The notes under the pieces are model-generated. The model was given only the letters and a program-made list of their open reading frames with translations. It was not told the DNA's origin and made no database searches. Both the position numbers and the translations under genes were made by a program. A stretch of DNA of 62,382 nt, the filler included, from Basidiobolus ranarum (taxonomy: Eukaryota), in assembly GCA_040143965.1 (NCBI GenBank). It is 18 parts of 18 records of this genome, joined end to end, with 100 filler letters (N's around TTAATTAATTAA, not from the genome) between each part and the next. Parts side by side here need not be neighbours in the genome. Positions count along the whole stretch, not along the records: positions 24,341 to 27,712 come from JASJQH010002535.1; positions 27,813 to 31,183 come from JASJQH010002536.1; positions 31,284 to 34,654 come from JASJQH010002537.1; positions 34,755 to 38,124 come from JASJQH010002538.1; 14 more parts are not named here. One strand, written 5' to 3'. Positions 24,341 through 35,880 of the stretch are shown here, piece by piece. Each line of letters opens with the position of its first letter. Positions within the stretch are counted from its first letter, which is position 1.

Positions 24341-27300
24341 ATCGATCTTTCCGCTGGAATTGATGGGCATTCTGCTTAGTGGCATCCAAACAGTAGGGAC
24401 CATATACGGTGGTAATCTCTTTCTGGCAAGCTCGCGGACTTCACTGACATACGAAGCGGCAGCCTGTATCTTTTCACCACTCAGCACTTCGATTTCCGAG
24501 TCACTAGTGACCAGGTCATTGAATGTCAAGAAAGCGACCAGTGCCTTATGGTTTGAGGTGGAGTCAGTTACGAGGGGCAAGACACATGCTCTGCCAACCA
24601 TCCAGTGTTCATATAAGGCATGTTCGATTTCATCCAACTCGATTCTTAAGCCATGAAGTTTGATCTGATTATCTTTTCTTCCAATCAACTCCACTGAGCC
24701 ATCATTATTGAAGCGTGCAAGATCTCCTGTACGATATATACGTTCACCAGAGATAAACGGACTACTGACGAACGCAGCCTCAGTAAGATCAGGACGATTG
24801 AGGTAACCTCGGGCAAGCTGTGAGCCTGAGATACAAAGTTCACCAACTACACCCAAGGGAACAAGTCGCAAATCGGGGCCAAGAATATAAATTCGATTAT
24901 TACCACTTGGCTTTCCAACATTGCTACAGGATGAGTGTTCGGTTAAGTTAGGCTTCAATATATTGGCCACTGCTGCTTCTGTAGGTCCATAACCATTGCT
25001 TAATTCAACATGTGGCGCCCAAGTGTTTCGCACAGCTGCTGTGACCATTTCACCTCCAAGCATGAGTCGTTTCATACTTGGTACATTTAATGGATTTACG
25101 TGACTGGCTAAAGTTGGAGTCAGCATCATTGAAGTTACTTTCATCTTGTTCATATTTCCTTCGAGATCAGTGAGTAAGCTCTCCTTGGGGGCGAGTGCAA
25201 CACGGGCTCCAACAGACAGTGGTATGAATATATCCATAATCGATGCATCAAATGTATAATTCGCGAATTGTAAGATAGTATCAGTTGAGTCGATATTCCA
25301 GACATCTTGTTGTGCATATATGAAGTTCACAATTGCTAAATGCTCCAACATGACACCTTTGGGAGTTCCAGTGGAGCCAGATGTAAACAACACATAGCAT
25401 AGGCTAGATGGAGTAAGCCCACTAATCACCGGGTTTTCGGTTGGATACGTTTCGGCAACTTCTTCATCGCGGTCGAGGAGAATCAGCTCTTGCCCCTCAA
25501 AGTAGTGCTGATAACGGTTGAATGTTAGCACTACACGAGCCTTTGTCTCGCTGATAATATACCTATTGCGCTCAATTGGATTATTGGGATCCAATGGGAC
25601 GTAGGCACCACCAGCTTTAAGGACGGCTAACATTGCCACAATCATAGTAACTGATTTATCAAGACATAGTGGAAATACTGAGTCACGTTCGACTCCAAAT
25701 TCTATAATGTGATGAGCCAGACGATTTGCTCTATCATTGAGTTGCTTGTAAGTAACGAACTCAGATGTTTCAAATTGAACAGCCACATTATCTGGGGTGA
25801 GGCCAACTTGATTCTCAAACTCGGTATGCACACAAGAGTAATGTGGCTTTCCAGTATTAGATACGCTCCAACTTTGCAATAATGCGGACTCTTCGGCAGA
25901 AATGACGCTGAAATCGTTAACCGACACATTCACATTCTTCACGATTTCTGATAATGCTGTCTTCAGATGGTTGAACATCCATTGGGCATCATCACTGGGT
26001 ATAGTATCCTCATCGTAAGTTAGTGATAATTGACAGTCCTTGGACAAGGTTCCTAGCTCAACTACAATTGGGTAATTTGCAGGCATGGTGGTCTTCAGCT
26101 CCTTCAACCCAATTGATTCAATTCCACCATCGAAGTCTTCGCTAGGCAGATTCTGAACCACAAGAAGTGAGTCGAACAAGGAATGGATTCGTTCATCTAC
26201 ACAACATTTGATGATGTCCTGCAAACCAAGAGATTGATAACGATGCTGTTCCATTTGCGTCTTGTGAATAGTGCGTAACATGTCAAGTACAGTATGGTTG
26301 TCATCAAGAGTGACACGCACAGGCAATGTATTGAAGCAAGGTCCACAAATATTTTCAATGCCAGCCACTGGGAGATTTCTGCCAGAATTGACTACACCAA
26401 ACACCACATCCGAGTTGCCAGAGTGTGCTTTGACAACCAATGACCAAGCCAGATTAGCTATGGTGGCGATTGTGATGTTGTGCTTGCTGGTAAGGGATGA
26501 GAAGTCCACCTGAATATCCTCGATGATTGATCGTGAGGCCTTGATCTCTCTGGAATTCGAAGATTGCTTAGCAAGATGCGTTACCTCAACATTGGCCAGA
26601 AGATTCTTCCAATAGCCAAGAGATTCATCCTTGTCCACACCGGAAGTGAACTTGATGAAGTTGTTGTAGGACGGTCTAGAAGCCAATTCTTGCATTTGGT
26701 ATGCTTTCACCAAATCTTCCACCACAAGGCTCATGGACCATCCATCATAGAGTGCGTGGTGTATAGTCCATATGAAGTAGGCTGGTGAACCTTCGACAGA
26801 TACCAGAGTGAATCGTGAGAGGAGTTTTCCGACCTGGATACCTCTGCTGAGATCGGTGGTTAAAATATCTGAAAGCTGACTTTCAGAAACATCAGCACCA
26901 CTGAGCTCGATTTCATTCCAGTCAATGCTGTCCTCGGCTAAGACCACCTGAAGACCACTCAAGTGGGAGTAACCACTGTTTGAGAAGACAATGGTACTGC
27001 GGAGAATAGGATTGGTTCTTATGACAGATTGCCAAGCAGACTTGAACTGTGCTTTGTCGATGCTCACTTCACAACGATACACTTGCTGAGTGAGATAGCT
27101 TGAGTTATCCTGTAGACCCAAGGCAATCAGACCTTCCTGTAAGGGGGAGCAAGGGTAAACATCTGTGACCTGAGAGGGATCGATCTCATTTTGAACAAGA
27201 TCTGTATCGAACAAGTGCTCCAGTTGTTCGGAATCAAGTTTGAGGAGGGCGTATTTCTCAATTGCCTCAAGCTCGGCATCACTATCATGGATAAGTACGG

Positions 27301-27712
27301 TATTCGCGGCAAGCTCACCAATGGTTAGTTGTTCATAGAGCTGTTGGACACTCAACTCATATCCAAATTGACGAGCAGCACCCACAAGCTTAACAGCGAT
27401 GATTGAGTCACCACCAAGACTAAAGAATGAATCATGAACACCGATACGCTTCTCAGCCAGATTGAGTACCTTAGTCCACAGCTGCAACCAATTTTCTTCC
27501 TCAGGTGTACTAGCTCCGACATATTCACCATTGTCGGAAGTACTGAATGCTAACAGGTCATCCAAGCTGGTCAAGTTATACACAGTTACTACCATCTTAC
27601 GATCGATCTTTCCGCTGGAATTGATGGGCATTCTGCTTAGTGGCATCCAAACAGTAGGGACCATATACGGTGGTAATCTCTTTCTGGCAAGCTCGCGGAC
27701 TTCACTGACATA
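24341..27712 (-). CDS. Non-ribosomal peptide synthetase, internal fragment (A end - T - C - A), open at both ends, intronless
   Basis: T: FFSLGGDSI. C: YPCSPLQEG, HHALYDGWS. A: YVLFTSGSTGTPKG, NGYGPTE, GELCISGSQLARGYL, YRTGDL, GRKDNQIKLHGLRIELDEIE, LPPYMVP, NSSGKID. Confidence 0.97.
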
Positions 27713-27812
27713 NNNNNNNNNNNNNNNNNNNNNNNNNNNNNNNNNNNNNNNNNNNNTTAATTAATTAANNNNNNNNNNNNNNNNNNNNNNNNNNNNNNNN
27801 NNNNNNNNNNNN

Positions 27813-28833
27813 GTTGGGTGGAGCTGGATTCTGTACTTGAGCAATAGAAGTACAAAGTTCTTGATTTTCTTGCTGAAGCTGAGTAAGAGCTTGCATAATA
27901 TCTTCCATTGTGGGGGCTGGTGTAGACATAATACTTACTATGTTGTGAGGGGGAAGTTTTAAAAACCACAAGTTTCTCTAGGAATGATAATCACAATGCA
28001 ATGTCCAACTTTCTGTTGAAGAAATGATTGGCACGTTGACAAAAGAATATGCTGGTATCAACAACCTTTGATCTTGATCAAGTACTAAAGCTTCTTTGAT
28101 CAAAAACAACTGTAAACAGAACAAGTAGTGTCTTGACAAGGATGCATTTAGAGCAATTATCCAAAGGTGGAAGGCACCTTTGCCTTAGCAGGGAAGGTTG
28201 GGATAGATGGGGAATAAGAGGGAAGCCAACCTTAGGGGGTTTCAAGGTTGGAGAACAGGGATGGAGAGAAGCCTGTAGGCAAGTATAAGTAGTCTGATCA
28301 AACTGTCACAATAAGGAACTGGACAAGGACTGGAAACAATGACAAGAGGCCAGAAGGCATGAGAGTACTTGGGTGTAGACCACAAGACAAGACAAGACTG
28401 GATAAGGAAGATACTCTGGCAAGAATCTTTATTGATAACTGGCATTCATCAGACTGAGGTCCAATCAAGGAATACATGGGGCTTATAGAGATATTGCAAG
28501 GTGAAACATAATATAATGAATAGGGAATATACTGTGGCAAGTTCAAGAGTTGGGGTGTTGGGGACTACAAGGACCAATACAAAGAGGGATGATGCAAGGA
28601 TGCTCAGATGAGCTTGCATGGAAGGTCTTGGCAGAAATTCACTATGTGTGGGATGACATGATTGGTTAGGTTTCATGGAATGTTCCAAAGAAACTGACTT
28701 CAATATAACGTATTCTGGATGAACTAACACAAGATTGCCAAGAAGGGATGGCACAGCTGATATGATGTCATAATCTAATAATAGAAGAGTTCTATTTGCA
28801 ATAGATCAGTATGCCAAGATCAGAATCATGACA
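27813..28833 (-). mobile_element. Ty3/gypsy 5' end: 530-bp LTR (28304-28833), PBS-like site, leader and gag N-terminus
   Basis: LTR bounded by TGTCA...TGACA with TATA and AATAAA on the minus strand. Coiled-coil gag-like start MSTPAPTMEDIMQALTQLQQENQEL. Confidence 0.72.
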
Positions 28834-29599
28834 CTCTAACAGTTGACTTGTTGCTTCCAAATGCTGCTTCTATTGGGATAATGCAGTGTTATAGTTTGTC
28901 TTGGCCTGTATAGCAACTTTGCAGTTTTTACTTATGATTGCATACAAATCATAACAATGTTCTGCCTGCAATTCCCTTGTTGTGATAATTCTACCCAAGT
29001 TCTCTAAGTAGGAGTATTTCATAGTTGGCAAAGTAGCCATTTGGGAAGTTGGTGCTCTTGACCACCCTGATGTAGGAGATATTCTTTTTTCCACAATACC
29101 ATTCTTATGCCACAACAAAAATGTTTACAGAAGCCTTGCTATTATTGTCTCAAATTCTTGGGCTGTGAAAGCCAGAGGCTTCATAAAAAAATAGTCACAC
29201 CCATGGTCACTGTACAAAGCCACCAGCTGCACAAAGCCTAGTGAATATCAACAGTAATAAGTACACAAAATCAACTTTAGTCTTGCCCACTTAGTCCAAT
29301 GGCTATGCTTTGTCTCAAACTTTTGGTAGGATTGCCCAAAGTCATGATACTGTGAAGTTACCACAGTTATATGACCAGAATGATATACGTAGACATGCAA
29401 CCTTTATCAAACTAGTAAGTCCAGACAACTTCAAGGACATGCTGCTCCTTGTTGACCTCAGTAATTCCAGTACTGATGGTAGTATACTGTAAGTTGATGA
29501 AGAACAAATCAGTTTTGTTATGAACTCTGTGTTATTGGCAGGAATTAGTCTACTTATCACGCTTACAGTAAAGGAAGCAACTCTGATTATTGAGGAGTG

Positions 29600-30169
29600 G
29601 AGAGTTCAATCCAATATTAGCAACCAGGTGTTTATTGGTTTTCTTACACTTTTACCACAGTTGATTGGCAACTATTGCTGGCCACAAACCTGGTACAAGT
29701 GGAAACACTTGTCAATTGTATGACTTTTAATCCTTCAGTAATTAAACTACCATTGTGTGCAAATGGTTGTTTGGCTTTCACCAGTGATCTAAAAAGCCTG
29801 AAGTCCTGTACTGTTTGCAAACTATTGGGAATTACTGAATCAGGTAAATATTGTTCAAATTTGGCTTAAATACTGTGAATTCCCCATCTTAAAGTTTTCA
29901 TGAAATCACCCAAACATAGTTCATTCATTAAATACCAAGGTAATGGTCATAAAGCTCATGGTATTACCAATATACTTAATGGAATTCACAACCAGAATTT
30001 GAAAAGTCAAGGTTTCTTTGAGAACAAGTATCATCATGCATTTGCATTGGCTCTGGAAGGTTTCTCACTAAACAAATATACTTTTGGAAAGGCTTGCTAG
30101 CCCATAATTTAAACTAACTTAAATCTTCCTCCATCTGAACAGTACAAGAGTCATAATAATTTGATACTA
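29600..30169 (+). mobile_element. Degenerate CACTA/En-Spm (TnpD/Transposase_21-like) transposase
   Basis: LCANGCLAF...SCTVCK cysteine cluster, ALALEGF (D->E box), C*PII*TNLNLPPSEQYK (WP...NLPP motif). Confidence 0.75.
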
Positions 30170-31183
30170 TAGACTTGTTCCATTGGACTAGGTCAGATTG
30201 TGCTGCTCAATCCAGCCTGCTAGCACACCATCTGGCACAATCTGTCAATTATCATGGCTGGGTCCTACAACACTCAATTGGACAGTATAAGGAACAATAT
30301 GGCACTATACCACCACAATAGGACACAATGATTTTTTTGGCAATATTGTGCCAGCCCATACCAAGTCACCTGGTTTAATAGTGCCAAATTAAGATTTTGG
30401 GTAACCCACAAAGCAAGTTCATCCATAAGTTTGTAACTTACAAATTACTGAATGTGGAACAATAAGCAATTTATACCATATCTTACCCAATCAAATGTAT
30501 AGCCAAGACATTCACATGTTCTAAGGCCAATCATTTGTCTCTCACTCACACAGTATCCTGATTTTCAATTGGGCCCAACAGCTCCTGCATTACAACACAC
30601 CTGCAGTTTTGGCACACTGGTGACAAATCACAGCACTCAACAATGGATCAATCTGCAATACGACAGTAGTGATCAGGATTGCTTGATTCATCATGTTTAG
30701 ATCATCAAATTACTCATTCAATCATGTAAGCTTCTAATAGGGTGAGAATGTTAATGGATTGAGCCATATCAATCCAATATGGCTGCCCAAGCTTTTTATT
30801 GACAGTCATTTTTCATTTAATTGTAGTGAAATTGCTTGTATTAATAGGCTATGAGTTATTTTTTTGAAATATTATGATTTCACACTATCAGTGTCTCATA
30901 GAGACATAAGCAATTGTGATCCAATTAAAGCAATTTAAACTATATTTAACTGCAATCCATATCAATTTTGCATGATGGGCTAAACAGTAAAGATAGGATA
31001 ATGTAAGTATCAACAAGAGTTCTCAGCAGTTGCCCAGGTTTGAAGTGGTACCTGCTGATTTGCTTCTGCTATTTTTGTTGTCTCCTTGATATTTCCACAG
31101 AAGGAACTTTGCTTGAACCTCTGCACTGAGTTGGTTGGTTTGATCCTGCTCAAGTTCCTCTACCTTGGCCAGCATGAGTTGTG
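30170..31183. mobile_element. hAT-like element inserted into the CACTA remnant
   Basis: Begins TAGACTTGTTCCAT exactly where the CACTA reading frame stops. Internal sequence not identifiable and right boundary unknown. Confidence 0.5.
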
Positions 31184-31283
31184 NNNNNNNNNNNNNNNNN
31201 NNNNNNNNNNNNNNNNNNNNNNNNNNNTTAATTAATTAANNNNNNNNNNNNNNNNNNNNNNNNNNNNNNNNNNNNNNNNNNNN

Positions 31284-32895
31284 TTGTTTTGATGTAAATA
31301 CTGTGATCTGCTGTGCATTTTTGGAATTCCAGAGATTCCAAATAGGTATCTATCTTGTTGTACCATGCCCTGGGTGCTTGCTTGAGTCCATAGAGCAATT
31401 TTTGCAGTTTACAGACCATATCAGGATGTTTTGGGTCAACAAATCCATCTGGTTGCTCCATATAGATCTCGTCTTCTAGATTTCCATTTAGAAAGGCTGT
31501 TTTTACATCCATTTGATGTAGATCAAGATTATGGACGGCTGAGAGTGCCAGGATTGATCTAATGGAGCTAAACTTAGCTACTGGAGCAAAAGTTTCATTA
31601 AAATCAACTCCTGGAGTCTGGGAATAGCCTTTTGCAACTAATCTTGCTTTGTACCTTTCTATGGTTCCATCAGCTTGGTTTTTGACTTTGTAGACCCATT
31701 TGCAACCTATTGGCTTTCTCCCTGATGGAAGAGGACTTAAAACCCATGTTTTATTGTCCTGAAGTGCAGACAACTCATCTGACATGGCTCTTGCAAAAAT
31801 ATTTGATTCTGGATGCTCCAGAGCTTGATCTAGAGTCTGTGGCTTATCTCAAAATGCTGCATAAGCATATACGTCATCATTGGAAGTGTTCCACCAGTTT
31901 CCTGGCTTGTTTCTCCTTCTGCATGATCTTCTGGGTCCTGAATCATCCTCTGATGTAATTAGGACTTGAATTTTGATTGAATAGGGCTCAGATACAGCTG
32001 AAATTTATCAGACACTTCCTGTATAGTGCTGATTGTGTTCTATGGATCAAGAACTGTGATTTGAGGTGAAAAATTAGCTTTTTCATCAAAATCACATCTC
32101 TGCACTTGATGAACTTCTGATTTCCAGTATCAAACAATCTGTAGGCCTTAGAATCTTCAAAGTAACCACAAAATATACATTTTCTGCTTATGGTTCCAAT
32201 TAAAGCATTTTTGAGTGGGAATAAGGCAATATGCTGTGCAACCAAAGATCCTGAGATGATGCACACTTGGTTTTGATCCATATAGGTCTTCTAATGGAGT
32301 AGAATTTTGAAGCAATCTTGTTATGCATCTGTTTTTAATATAGACTGCAGTGGAGACAGATTCAGCCCAATATTAGTAATCTGACTTTTGATAATGTAAC
32401 GTTGATCTAGCCTGTTCCACTATGGTCCTATTAGCACATTGTGCAACTCCATTTTGCTTTGGAATATAAGGTACAGTAGTTTGTTGCTTAATTCCTTGTT
32501 TTGAGCAAAAACTAGCAAGGTCTTTAGAGTAGTATTTTCCACCAATATCACCCCTGAGTACCTTTATTTTTTGTGCTGATTCTTTCTCTACAATTGCTTT
32601 GTAGTGCTTGAAAGTAGCTAAGGCTGCATAGTTTAACTTGGGAAAGAATACTCAGGTATATCACGTTTTGACATCAATAAAGGTCACAAAGTACCTTTTC
32701 ACACCTAGCAAGATGTGTTTCATGGGCCCACATCTATCAGAATGAATCAGGGTAAAACTGTGAGTGGATTTGATCCCTCCAGAGCTTGTTTTCCATATAT
32801 GCAACCTTCACATAGATCCAATTTAGTGATATTTCCAATTTCCAAGCCTGAAACAAGCTGACTTTGGATCATGTGGGTCAGTTTTTGTTCCCCAA
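31284..32895 (-). mobile_element. Ty1/copia pol remnant (integrase to RT)
   Basis: RT ORF KPIGCKWVYKVK...YKARLVAKGYSQTPGVDFNETFAPV...HQMDVKTAFLNG...LYGLKQAPRAW; degenerate integrase upstream. Confidence 0.95.
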
Positions 32896-33522
32896 TGTTG
32901 AAATTAGGTAAATAGCAACTCATTATTTAGAAGTTAGTTTATTCATATTCTGGTTATTTAGTATCCAATTATGTCATTCAAAAACGTGTGCTTATTGCTC
33001 TAATTGATGGAAATATCAATTAGATCCCTTTTACCAATTTTCACTATTTTTTCTAAACTTCTCCAAATCACCTCAAACTTTCACCCACGCTTAGCAGGCT
33101 CATTTATTATGATCTAAGCAAGTCAAATGGTCCAATTTCATAGTAAACTATAAATAGGACATATTCAATTCAGTAAAACTTAAGTGTCTAATTCACAAAT
33201 CCAAATCTTGTCCCAAACACTTCCATATCCCCTAAGCACTCAATTCTGTTGTTCAAAAACGTGTGTTTATTGCTCTAATTGATAGAAATATTAGTTGGAT
33301 CACTTTTACCAATTTTCACTTTTTTCTAAAAACATCTCCAAATCACCTCAAATTTTCACCCATGCTTAGCAGGCATGTTTGTTACAATCTAAGCACATCC
33401 AATAGTCCTATTTTATAGTAAACTATAAATAGGACATATTCAATTCACCAAAACTTAAGGGTCTAATTCACAAATCCAAATCTTGTCCAAAACACTTCCA
33501 AATCCCCTAAACACTTTTATTA
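32896..33522 (+). mobile_element. Head-to-tail tandem family B LTRs (about 1.8 copies)
   Basis: TGTTGAAATTAGGTAAATAGC at 32896; block about 32960-33240 is repeated at about 33235-33522. Confidence 0.85.
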
Positions 33523-33737
33523 AAACTCCATTTTAGTAAGTATAAGCTGAGAAGTCTTTACTTCTTTTGCAAAGTGATACTATGGATCCTCCAGGCATTG
33601 TCTGGATTACATAGAAATAGCCCACTCCTCCCAAGCACTAAGCCATACTAGCAGCACTCATATGATTAAGCTTATACATCATCCTGGTTGTCTCCAATGG
33701 AGATCTCGAAGGGGCTTGCAAATTGACAAATTAAATG

Positions 33738-34654
33738 TGTGGAAATTAGGTAAATAGCAGCTCATTACTAAATATTGAGCTTATTCAAATTTTGATTTTT
33801 TAGCACTAAACTTTGCTGTTCCAAATTGTGTGTTTGTTGTTCAAATTGATAGAAAAATTATTTAGATCACCCTTACCAATTTTCCCTATTTTCTGCAATC
33901 TTCTCCACATCACCTCAAATTTTCACCCATGCTCATCAGGCATGCTAATTATGATCTAAACACATCTAACAGTTCTCTTACATAGTAAGCTGTTAATAAG
34001 ACATTTGCAATTCAATTGTATTCAAGTATATAATTCACAAATCCAAATATTGTCCAAAGCACTTCAAAATCCCCTAAATACTATTATCAGGTTATGAGCC
34101 CCAAGCTAGCTGTTGAAGGAATACCTACCAGTACTATTACCAACATTTTTGTAACCACAGAGAAGTTTAAAGGTGAAGACTTTCACCTTTGGAAGTTCAA
34201 AATACTAAGGTGCCAGGAGACAAAACCTCTGTTGATTTGTTACAGGTTGAGAAATAGAGCCAAAGAGTCTACCAGTAGCTATCCTGGTCTTGAACAAGAT
34301 GCAGAGGAAAGAACTCTTTGCACTTTGTGTAAATCTCTGAGACTCACAATTGAGATACAAACACTCAGCCAAACATGTCCAAACCACTTTGGAAACACTT
34401 GAGGGACTATAAGAGACTAAAGGTCTGGCTAATTGGCTATCTTTTGGGCAAACATTGTTCTCCATTCAGATAAATTCTGATAATCCTATGCTTAATCATA
34501 TGAACTGGACAAAAACAATGGCAGATCAGCTGACATCCAATGGAGCACCTCTAAGTGAATGTCATTTAGTCATGGCACTACTTGGGAGCCTGCCAGACAA
34601 GTTTGGGAACCTCATAATTGCCCTAGAATCAAGATCAAAGCCATTGACAATGGA
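33738..34654 (+). mobile_element. Ty1/copia 5' end: LTR family B (33738-34089), PBS (34090-34101), degenerate gag
   Basis: TG...CA LTR, GGTTATGAGCCC, EKFKGEDFHLWKFK, LLGSLPDKFGNLIIALE. Confidence 0.9.
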
Positions 34655-34755
34655 NNNNNNNNNNNNNNNNNNNNNNNNNNNNNNNNNNNNNNNNNNNNTT
34701 AATTAATTAANNNNNNNNNNNNNNNNNNNNNNNNNNNNNNNNNNNNNNNNNNNNC

Positions 34756-35528
34756 AAAGACAAGTTTGCCAAGTTTCTTCAAGAAAAAGCCAAAGTCACT
34801 CCAGTCATGAGAGCATATTACTCAAATGAAGATCACCCTGTAGGAGAAGACTGGCGTGCCAGCAGTTTGTTACCTTTTAGAAAAATGAAGCTCTCAAGTT
34901 TCATTAACCCACTACAATCAGACAAACGGCTCGCCTAGAATCTTCGAGAGAAGTTTGGGAATAATCCTACATTAATACTTGGTAACTGGATAGCTGGAAA
35001 TGAAAAGTATCATGAGCTTAATAGAGGTGTCGGAATGAGAAAAATGTTAGCCAAAGAAGGCTTCCAGCAATACCTCCTTGACGAGTTTAAAACTTCAAGT
35101 CTGTGCCCTACTTGCCAGAACGGTGAACTGGAAAAGTTTCAAAAATTACAAAATCCTAGACCATACAAAAGAGAAAGGTATCCTATTGTATATAATATAA
35201 ATCGTCACGGCCTTTTAAGGTAAATATAAGGTAACCGCTTTTAATATGCAAGTAAAAAATTCAAACCTAATTTCTGTTCAGGTGCAAAAACCAACAGTGT
35301 TTAAAGGTCGTGGCCAAAACTACTGAAGATTCTCCCCTTCGTCCTTGGGACTTAGGCTTTGAACTTTAGACATGTCCTTTTTAACTTGTGCTCAAATGGG
35401 GAATGACCCGTTTTGGCAGATTGAAGGAACCTCTCTCCACCGGGTATAAAAGAAAGAGCATCTCATCAGCTAGCAGCAGTCGGCCAACGAAAAAAGCAAA
35501 CAATCCTGTGTGGTTATTGCTACACTAA
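34756..35528 (+). pseudogene. Fanzor (eukaryotic TnpB-like RNA-guided nuclease) C-terminal remnant with one intron (35220-35281)
   Basis: Frame from 34756: PFRKMKLSSFIN..QSDKRLA*NLREKFG..LILGNW..KYHE..RGVGMRKML..GF..YLLDEFKTSSLCPTC..LEKF..NPRPY..HGLLR|CKNQQC..RPWD..LNFRHVL. This is RuvC-II DE.KTS plus CxxC/C..C zinc finger plus a damaged RuvC-III (WNRD). TAG at 34936 and small deletions. Confidence 0.82.
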
Positions 35529-35880
35529 ACATTTGAAACAGAGTAAGTCTTTGAGCGCTTTTTCTTTTGGTATATGTCTAGAAAAAGAATTGCCTTTTGT
35601 TTTGTTTGCTTATCTCCAATTTATTGCAATCGTCCCATTTATTTAATGAAATGTCTATTTGATTTTTTTAATTCTTCTCATTTTCGATTAAAACACTTTA
35701 ATACCGTGAGAGATTGTATAAATACTTGAAAGGAACATTCAACTCATTTTCTAATGAACAAAGAGAATTTATTTTATGAGATGAGAAATGTAGTTCACAG
35801 GTGAAAATCTGTTATGAGTATATGTGAGAGTAAAGAAATACGAGAGATTGGGAATATTAGAAAAAAATTAAAAACGTCCC

